Made by a program: the position numbers and the translations under genes. The notes below the pieces were generated by a model. The model was not told where the DNA came from. It did not search any database and was given only the letters and a program-made list of their open reading frames with translations. From an uncultured Verrucomicrobiae bacterium (GTDB lineage Bacteria; Verrucomicrobiota; Verrucomicrobiia; Chthoniobacterales; Chthoniobacteraceae): a stretch of 64,000 nt of DNA. Below, piece by piece: positions 57,347 to 64,000 of this stretch (positions are counted from its first letter, which is position 1; every line of letters starts with the position of its first letter). Location of the stretch: contig CAWIKF010000002.1 in NCBI GenBank assembly GCA_963836755.1, positions 1,984,001 through 2,048,000 of the forward strand, given 5' to 3'.

Positions 57347-58396
57347 GTGATGAATAGAATCAACGTTGGAATCGTAGGCCTCGGCTGGCCTGGAGAGCGG
57401 CATGCCGAAGCCATTCTCGGAAGCCGAAACGGGACGCTCTTTGCGTGCGCGGATTTGCACGAAAAGCGGCGTGAGGCTTTCGTGGCGCGCTACCAACCGC
57501 GCAAAAGTTTTGCTTCCCTGGATGAGATGCTGGCCAACCCGGATCTCGATGCGGTCGTAGTTTGCCTGCCGAATTTTTTGCATTTCCCCGCAGCGCTTGC
57601 GGTGCTGGGCGCTAACAAGCACGTGTTGTGTGAAAAGCCGCCGACCATGAACGCGCCGGAGATGCGCGTGCTGCGCGATGAGGCGGAGAAGCGGAGCCTA
57701 GTTTATTTTTTCGGCAGGCAGGCGCGATTTTCTCCGTCGCTGCTCGCTGCGCGCGAATTGATCGCCGACGGCCGGCTCGGGAAAATCTATTTTGGCAAAA
57801 CTGTCTACCTCCGTTCGCGAGGCATCCCGGTTGGCGTCGACGGGTGGTTTACGGAAAAGGCTCGCTCCGGCGGCGGCGCACTAATCGACCTCGGCGTCCA
57901 TGCGCTCGACTCGGCGTGGTATTTAATGGGCACGCCGAAACCGCTCACTGTCTCTGCGCAGGTTTTTCAAAATTTTTCCCATCATGTTTCCGTGCCGGTG
58001 AATGATGTGGAGGACGGCGCCTACGGCATGGTCAGGTTTGCGAATGGCGCGGTGGTGCATTTCGAAATCGCGTGGGCGGGTCATCAACCAGACGAGATCC
58101 CGGTCAGTTCCATGTTTGGGCGCGAGCTCTCGAACACGACTTTGCACGGCTCGCAGGCAACGATCCGGCTCGAGCCATCGGCTTTATTCGAGGAGAAAAA
58201 TGGCGTGCCGGTGAAACTGGAAATCGCGGCTGCGGCAGAGGACCGACGCTTTATTTTGCAGATGGAAAACTTTCTCGACGCAGTCGCCGGTAATTCGCGG
58301 CCGGTGAACAATGCAGAACAGGCTGTTAACTTAATGGAAATGCTCGACGCGATTTACAAATCGAGTGCGACCGGACACGAAGTGAGCCTCGAGTGA
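57347..58396 (+). CDS. Gfo/Idh/MocA family oxidoreductase
   Basis: GIVGLGWPG, KHVLCEKPP, GGGALIDLGVH. Confidence 0.92.
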   Translation: MMNRINVGIVGLGWPGERHAEAILGSRNGTLFACADLHEKRREAFVARYQPRKSFASLDEMLANPDLDAVVVCLPNFLHFPAALAVLGANKHVLCEKPPTMNAPEMRVLRDEAEKRSLVYFFGRQARFSPSLLAARELIADGRLGKIYFGKTVYLRSRGIPVGVDGWFTEKARSGGGALIDLGVHALDSAWYLMGTPKPLTVSAQVFQNFSHHVSVPVNDVEDGAYGMVRFANGAVVHFEIAWAGHQPDEIPVSSMFGRELSNTTLHGSQATIRLEPSALFEEKNGVPVKLEIAAAAEDRRFILQMENFLDAVAGNSRPVNNAEQAVNLMEMLDAIYKSSATGHEVSLE

Positions 58397-58402
58397 CCGC
58401 CA

Positions 58403-59194
58403 TCACTGCAGCGGAATAATTTCGCGGCCCACTCGCCGGCGCTCCACCACCCACGCCAGCCAGATGCAAAGCTCGTAGAGCAGGCACATCGGCGCGCCGA
58501 GCGAAAGGAAAGTCACCACATCCGGAGTCGGCGCAATGACAACCGCCAGGCAAAGAATGATGACGATCGCAAACGGCCGGGTGCGGTGCAAAAAGGCAAA
58601 GGTGAGAACGCGCAAATACACCAGCACCAGCACGACGACGGGCAGCTCGAACGCGAGCCCGAACGCGAGCGTGATCTGCGTTACAAATGAAAAATAATCG
58701 CGCACCGTCCACGTCGGCGTCCATTCCAGGGACTTTGCGAAGCCAAAGAAAAATCCGAGCGTCTGCGGCAAAACAAAATAATAGCAGAACGCCACGCCGG
58801 TGAGGAAAAGTCCAAAACCGGTCGCGATTCCTGGCAGCACGTATTTTCTTTCCTGCCGAGTCAGCGCGGGCAAAACAAACTGCGCGAGGAAGAAAAGCAG
58901 AAACGGAAACGTGAGGACGATGCCGGCATAAAACGCGAGCTGAAACGCGATCGTCAGCGGATCCGTCACGCCCAGCACCTGCAACTTTGTCACCAATCCC
59001 GGATCGATTTTCCGCAGTGGCTGCTGAATGATTTGGACAAGATTATTCCGGAAAGCAAACGACAGACCCATGCCCAAGGCGAGCGTCACGCCCATCCGCA
59101 CGAGCGTCCAGCGCAGCTCCTCGAGATGATCGAGGAAAGGTTTGACCACCTCGGGATCATTCTCGCGAAACTTGAACCAGCGCTCCGGACCCAT
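58403..59194 (-). CDS. tatC: Twin-arginine translocase TatC
   Basis: PFLDHLEELR, FVLPAL, FGLAFELP, APTPD, LLYE. Confidence 0.95.
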   Translation of the reverse strand: MGPERWFKFRENDPEVVKPFLDHLEELRWTLVRMGVTLALGMGLSFAFRNNLVQIIQQPLRKIDPGLVTKLQVLGVTDPLTIAFQLAFYAGIVLTFPFLLFFLAQFVLPALTRQERKYVLPGIATGFGLFLTGVAFCYYFVLPQTLGFFFGFAKSLEWTPTWTVRDYFSFVTQITLAFGLAFELPVVVLVLVYLRVLTFAFLHRTRPFAIVIILCLAVVIAPTPDVVTFLSLGAPMCLLYELCIWLAWVVERRRVGREIIPLQ

Positions 59195-59198
59195 TGCG

Positions 59199-59795
59199 CT
59201 AAAATAAATCGAGCGCGCACATCCGCGCGAAGGCGCTGAGCGTATTTGCGTCCACAATTTCGTTGTCCGCAATCATCGCGCGAAACTCTTCGCGGGAAAA
59301 TGCGCGGCATTCGGTGATCACTTCATTCTCATCGTGCGAATGCCCGGCAGCGCTCGCAACCACTGCATTCGCGAGAAATAGATACGAATGCTCATCGGTA
59401 AATCCCGCCGATGGAAAAAAGTGTCCGAGCGCGATGAGTTCGCCTTCCGGGGCGAGTTCGTGGCCCGTTTCCTCGCGCAGTTCGCGCAGCGCAGTCGCGC
59501 GAATCGCGGACGCATCGTGTCCGACTTTTTCATCAATCTGCCCAGCGGGAAATTCCCAGATCGCCTCGCGAATCGGAATGCGCTCCTGCCGCACGAGCAA
59601 ATATTTTCCGTCGAGCGTCCGCGGTGCGACGACGCATGCGCCTTTGCGATGCACCACCGTCCACGAGCGCGTCGCGGGAGAATTCGGCGTCCGCGTTTCG
59701 GTCGCGTAAACTTCCACGAACGGATTCGAAAATTCGAGCTCGCTGCGGAGCGTCTGCCAACCGGCGGTGTCCTTGATGAAGTCGTGAAAACTCAT
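59199..59795 (-). CDS. NUDIX hydrolase (ADP-ribose pyrophosphatase-like)
   Basis: WEFPAGQID...ALRELREETG Nudix box. Confidence 0.92.
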   Translation of the reverse strand: MSFHDFIKDTAGWQTLRSELEFSNPFVEVYATETRTPNSPATRSWTVVHRKGACVVAPRTLDGKYLLVRQERIPIREAIWEFPAGQIDEKVGHDASAIRATALRELREETGHELAPEGELIALGHFFPSAGFTDEHSYLFLANAVVASAAGHSHDENEVITECRAFSREEFRAMIADNEIVDANTLSAFARMCALDLF

Positions 59796-61159
59796 GCGCC
59801 CAATAGTTCGTTCCAGCGTCGCAATTGCGCGTTGACGTTCCGCGTGGACGGCGCGCCGATCGCCTGGCGCGAATCGATCGATTTACGGACGTCTAACAGC
59901 CCGAAAACGTCCGCATCGAACGCGGGTGAAAGTTTTTGAAAATCTTCCAGCGACAATTCCCGGAAAGTCGCGCCGCGCTTCACGCAGAGCGCGACGGATT
60001 TTCCAATGACTTCGTGCGCCTGCCGAAACCGCACACCGCGCAGGACGAGATAATCGGCGAGATCCGTGGCGAGAAGCAGCGGATCGCTGACAGCTTCGGC
60101 CGCGCGGTCCGCGTGAACTTTTATTTCCGGCAACATCGCGGCGCAGACAGTGAGCGCGGCTTTGATCGAATCGACCGAATCGAAAACGGGTTCCTTGTCT
60201 TCCTGCATGTCGCGATTATAGGTCATCGGCAGACCTTTCATCGTCGTCAAAAGTGCGACGAGATTGCCGATGAGGCGGCCAGTTTTGCCGCGCGTCAGTT
60301 CGGCGACGTCTGGGTTTTTTTTCTGCGGCATCAAACTAGACCCGGTCGTAAAGGCGTCGCTGATCGTGATGAATTTGAATTCCGTCGTCGCCCACAAAAT
60401 CAAATCCTCGCTCAGCCGCGAAAGATGCACGCCGATGAGCGCGATTGCGCCGAGCAATTCGCACGCGAAATCGCGGTCGCTGACGGCATCCATGCTGTTC
60501 TGGCTGAGCGCCGGAAAATCGAGCAACTGCGCGATCAATTCGCGGTCGAGCGTGATGGTCGAACCGGCGATCGCGCCGGAGCCGAGCGGCAAAACGTTGA
60601 TGCGTTTGCGCGCGTCGGCGAGTCGCTCGGCATCGCGCTGCAGCATTTCAACGTAAGCGAGAAGATGATGCGAAAAAAGCACGGGCTGCGCGCGCTGCAT
60701 ATGCGTGTAGCCGGGAATGATCACGTCGACATTCCGATCCGCGAGAGTGAGCAGGCTGCGCTGCAACTGTTTAATACACTGCGAAATGGCGTCCGTCTCC
60801 TCGCGGAGATAAAGGCGCAGATCGAGTGCGACCTGGTCGTTGCGGCTGCGCGCGGTGTGGAGCTTTGCGCCGGCGTCGCCGATTCGCTGCGTGAGCGCCG
60901 ACTCGATGTTCATGTGGATGTCCTCGAGGTCGCGTTGAAATTTAAAATTTCCCGCCGCGATTTCGTCGCCGATTTCATGCAGCCCGCGCTCAATGCTCCC
61001 CTGCTCTTCCGCGGAAATCAGGCCGGCCGCGAGCAGCGCGCGCGAGTGCGCGATCGATCCTTCGATGTCATGCCGATACAACCGCCAGTCGAACGAAATC
61101 GACTCGCTGTAAGCTTTCAGCAACTCCGCGGTTTCCGTTTGAAAACGACCTTTCCACAT
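59792..61159 (-). CDS. argH: Argininosuccinate lyase
   Basis: MWKGRF, HTARSRNDQ, PGYTHMQRAQP, TGSSLMPQKKNPD. Confidence 0.98.
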   Translation of the reverse strand: MWKGRFQTETAELLKAYSESISFDWRLYRHDIEGSIAHSRALLAAGLISAEEQGSIERGLHEIGDEIAAGNFKFQRDLEDIHMNIESALTQRIGDAGAKLHTARSRNDQVALDLRLYLREETDAISQCIKQLQRSLLTLADRNVDVIIPGYTHMQRAQPVLFSHHLLAYVEMLQRDAERLADARKRINVLPLGSGAIAGSTITLDRELIAQLLDFPALSQNSMDAVSDRDFACELLGAIALIGVHLSRLSEDLILWATTEFKFITISDAFTTGSSLMPQKKNPDVAELTRGKTGRLIGNLVALLTTMKGLPMTYNRDMQEDKEPVFDSVDSIKAALTVCAAMLPEIKVHADRAAEAVSDPLLLATDLADYLVLRGVRFRQAHEVIGKSVALCVKRGATFRELSLEDFQKLSPAFDADVFGLLDVRKSIDSRQAIGAPSTRNVNAQLRRWNELLGA

Positions 61160-61226
61160 GGCGCTTGGTTATCGGCGGCGCGCCGCGGTTTGGCAAATGA
61201 CAATCGCGCCCGCGCGACCGGCCGGG

Positions 61227-61694
61227 CTATTCACACCGGCCGCGGTTGCGGCATGCGCCGCTCGATTTCAACTCGTCGCACGTCGCCTCGATGCGGATGA
61301 TTTTTGACGCGGGTGAAAACCCGAGCCGTTTCGTGATGCAGTTTTCCAGCGTCTCGATGTTCCGATCCTCGAACTCGACGATGCGGTCGCAATCGACGCA
61401 AATGAGATGGTTGTGGTGCGGATGCTCGACGAAATTCGGATCGTAAAATTTGTGTTCGCGCCCGAAATCCATCTCTTTCAAAACGCCACACTCCACAAGC
61501 AGCGGCAGCGTCCGGTAAACCGTGGCGCGCGAAACGGATGGCTCGATTTTTTTCGACATCCGGAGCAAATCTTCGGCGTTGTAATGCTCGCTCGTGCTGA
61601 ACGCGGCCTCGATGATCGCGTCGCGCGGCGCCGTTTTCCGCAGGCCTTTCGCCTCGATGAAGTCGTAAATCTGTTTGCGGATCGCGTCGTCCAT
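61227..61694 (-). CDS. fur: Fur family transcriptional regulator
   Basis: SRATVYRTL, HHNHLICVDCDRIVEF. Confidence 0.92.
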   Translation of the reverse strand: MDDAIRKQIYDFIEAKGLRKTAPRDAIIEAAFSTSEHYNAEDLLRMSKKIEPSVSRATVYRTLPLLVECGVLKEMDFGREHKFYDPNFVEHPHHNHLICVDCDRIVEFEDRNIETLENCITKRLGFSPASKIIRIEATCDELKSSGACRNRGRCE

Positions 61695-61746
61695 CCGCTG
61701 GAACTATAAAAGCTGCGCCGGGTGAGTCAACCCGTTCGGGCCGCAC

Positions 61747-64000
61747 TCACGGCTGCCGCTCTTGAGAAAAAAGCCACGGCAGAAGCTCCGGTTCGCTGAA
61801 ACTTTTTGTCCCGATATCATGGCCCGCGCCGGCGTATTCGGTGTAGCGCGGCTTCGCGTTTTCGGCACGAAGCGCTGCGATCATTTCGCGCGCGCGCGCG
61901 ACCGGGACGTTCGGATCCGCGGAGCCGTGGAACTCCCAAAGCGGGAGCCGCAAGACACTCGCAACTTTGTCGGGCTCGCCGCCGCCGCAGATTGGAATGG
62001 CCGCAGCAAACTTGTCGGGATAGCGCGTGATCAAATCCCACACGCCGTATCCGCCCATCGAAACCCCGGCCACGTAGATCCGATTTTTGTCGACGTTGAA
62101 TTCCTTTTCCACCGCGTCGACGATTTCCATCGCCAGCTTCTCCGGCTCCGCGACTTCGGGTCCCGTGTGATAAGGCATGTGCTCGGGCGTCGCGCCCGCC
62201 CAGCCAAACGGCTCGGTTTTTGATTGCGACGGACATTGCGGCACCACGACGAAGCATGGAAATTTTTCGCGATTTTCCGGCTGCGCCAAAACCTCAACGC
62301 CGTTTTTGAGCTGTCGTTCGTTGTCGCTGCCGCGCTCCCATGAGCCGTGCAAAAAGAGGACGAGCGGATACGATTTTTCCGGATCGTAAAATTCCGGTTT
62401 CAACAACCGATACGGCATCGTCTGTCCATCGCCGCCGTGAAAAACGCGCCCCTCGAAAATGTCGGTCAGCTTTTCGCCCGGCTTCGGCGCGAGCGGCGGT
62501 GACAGCGGATCGTGCAGCGCCACGCCGACCGCGCTCCTGTAGTCGCCGCTTTTCGCGTAAAGCCACGCGGCCTTGTCGACAAACCACGGCGGCGCATTTT
62601 TTTGCACGGCGATGGCGTCAATGATTTTGCTGCTGCGTTCGGCATCGCCTCGCAGCGCGTAATCGGCCGCCAGCGCCTGCGCGTTGACGACATCGGACGG
62701 ATGCGCAAACCAATTCGCCTCGAGCGCCTCTGTATGCGGGCGATTTTGCGAGGGCGGAAAGGCCGGCTCTTGGATGCGTGCGGCGAGCACGCGCCACGCA
62801 GCCGCGTCATTTTTCCAATGATGCAGCAGCTCCGCCCAAACTTCAAAGTCGCTCGCGGCGAGATCCGGATGCGCTTTCATCCATGCCTCGAGCTGCGCGG
62901 CGGTGCCCCATTTCGCAGCCGTGGAGTAAAAGTAGCGCACTTCAAATGGCGCGAGATTTTGCGCGGCGCCGCGAATTTTCCACCACTCCTCATAAGCCGC
63001 ACGAGCTTCCGTGGGATCGGAAACGGACTCGGAATAAATTCCTAGAAACTCTGGATGCTCGCGCGCAAAAGTTGCCCAAAATTTTGGCGAAGTCGCCGCG
63101 GTTCGTTGGTAGGCGATTGGGAAAATTTCCTGCGCACGATGTCCCGCGCGCTCAAGCGCGAGAGCCCAGAAATGCAGTGAAATGCCGGGCGAATATTGGC
63201 CGCCGATCCACGCCTGCGTCGCCGGAAGCTGCCATGAAATCGGATCAAGTTTGTCGGCAATACGGAATTCATCCCAGCCTCGCGAAGTCTGCCCATGCGT
63301 CAGGAAACGAAGGCCCAGCGCCTGATGCAAATTCGCGTCCAGCGGAAAATAGCGGATCTCGTTCTCGAGCTCATCGGCCGAAACAAGCGTCGGCGTCGTC
63401 GCGCTCGCGTGCAGGATTTTGTCGAGCGAAACCGGCGACCATGCTGGCACAACGGTCAGGATCGGCAGCAGCCAAAAACCGCCGATGGCGAATGGAAGAA
63501 AACATGCGCTCCTCGCGAGCGGACGCGGTTCGGTGCGCGCGCGCAACGGACACGCGATCGCGAGCAGTGCGAGGCCGAATCCGGCAGTCGCCCAATGATG
63601 CGCGGGCACGTCGTAAATCGAATGGCAAAGCAGCGCAGCGAATCCGGCGAATGCACCTGCGCGAACGAAAAATCCACCGTCGCTGGAAAAAAGTTCGCGC
63701 AGATTTTTTCCCAAAAAATAAATGAGCGCGATCGTCGCGATTGCGACGGGCAGCGCGCCGAGCTCGACGAGCCAAAGCAGCCAGCTGCTTTCCGGATGCA
63801 GGACGATCGCGTCGTCGAGCCGGACGGTTGCGAAGAATTGAAAAACTTGCGTGAAAGTATCGAGGCCGAATCCGCACAGCGGCGCGCTTTTCCACATCGC
63901 GATCGTGTCCTGCCAGATGTGCCAGCGAATGTTTGTCGGCAAATTTCCGTCCGCTGGATTGTTGAAACGCGCGAGCAGATTTGAACCGAATGCGAAGAGC
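61747..64000 (-). CDS. O-antigen ligase-like membrane protein fused to a C-terminal alpha/beta-hydrolase (5' end beyond the window)
   Basis: R..IWQDT, GFGLDTF, HPESSWL...ELG (Wzy_C/WaaL-like), helical repeats, then PLVLFLHG, GVSMGG, HGSAD, GH; the frame stays open to the window edge. Confidence 0.8.
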   Translation of the reverse strand, partial: LFAFGSNLLARFNNPADGNLPTNIRWHIWQDTIAMWKSAPLCGFGLDTFTQVFQFFATVRLDDAIVLHPESSWLLWLVELGALPVAIATIALIYFLGKNLRELFSSDGGFFVRAGAFAGFAALLCHSIYDVPAHHWATAGFGLALLAIACPLRARTEPRPLARSACFLPFAIGGFWLLPILTVVPAWSPVSLDKILHASATTPTLVSADELENEIRYFPLDANLHQALGLRFLTHGQTSRGWDEFRIADKLDPISWQLPATQAWIGGQYSPGISLHFWALALERAGHRAQEIFPIAYQRTAATSPKFWATFAREHPEFLGIYSESVSDPTEARAAYEEWWKIRGAAQNLAPFEVRYFYSTAAKWGTAAQLEAWMKAHPDLAASDFEVWAELLHHWKNDAAAWRVLAARIQEPAFPPSQNRPHTEALEANWFAHPSDVVNAQALAADYALRGDAERSSKIIDAIAVQKNAPPWFVDKAAWLYAKSGDYRSAVGVALHDPLSPPLAPKPGEKLTDIFEGRVFHGGDGQTMPYRLLKPEFYDPEKSYPLVLFLHGSWERGSDNERQLKNGVEVLAQPENREKFPCFVVVPQCPSQSKTEPFGWAGATPEHMPYHTGPEVAEPEKLAMEIVDAVEKEFNVDKNRIYVAGVSMGGYGVWDLITRYPDKFAAAIPICGGGEPDKVASVLRLPLWEFHGSADPNVPVARAREMIAALRAENAKPRYTEYAGAGHDIGTKSFSEPELLPWLFSQERQP

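Overview
GC-rich bacterial chromosome segment. Gene content and protein style suggest Verrucomicrobiota, probably Spartobacteria/Chthoniobacterales-like; this is an inference, not a database result. Most of the window is housekeeping backbone: infB-nusA, dgt, parA, SWIM-SNF2 helicase, tlyA-nadK-PTS IIA, ACP plus 2-oxoacid dehydrogenase E1a/E1b/E2, cysK, rpiB, tatA/tatC, degP, kamA, rpsO-pnp, pilC, miaB, ctpA, tsaD, argH, fur. Three accessory zones stand out. (1) After tRNA-Lys: inverted repeats, an autotransporter, an oxidoreductase and a sodium:solute symporter. (2) A ~5.1 kb decayed island at the 3' end of tRNA-Val, bounded by a duplicated tRNA end (11926-11944 / 17032-17052). It carries remnants of a rolling-circle/inovirus-like module and an integrase-less integron cassette array (three attC sites; HNH nuclease and Mrr-fragment cassettes). 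(3) A 1.5 kb element (20980-22513) bracketed by a 15-bp direct repeat that reconstructs a dif-like Xer site. It encodes a ribbon-helix-helix protein, a small KGG-motif protein and origin-like hairpins, but no recombinase. This candidate minimal Xer-exploiting integrative element/satellite is the most novel-looking feature. Other oddities: an O-antigen-ligase/esterase fusion, a GT2-GtrA-GT39 triple fusion, an SxxS thioredoxin-fold protein, a Cys-depleted SufR-like regulator and a long heptamer-periodic hairpin in the pnp leader.
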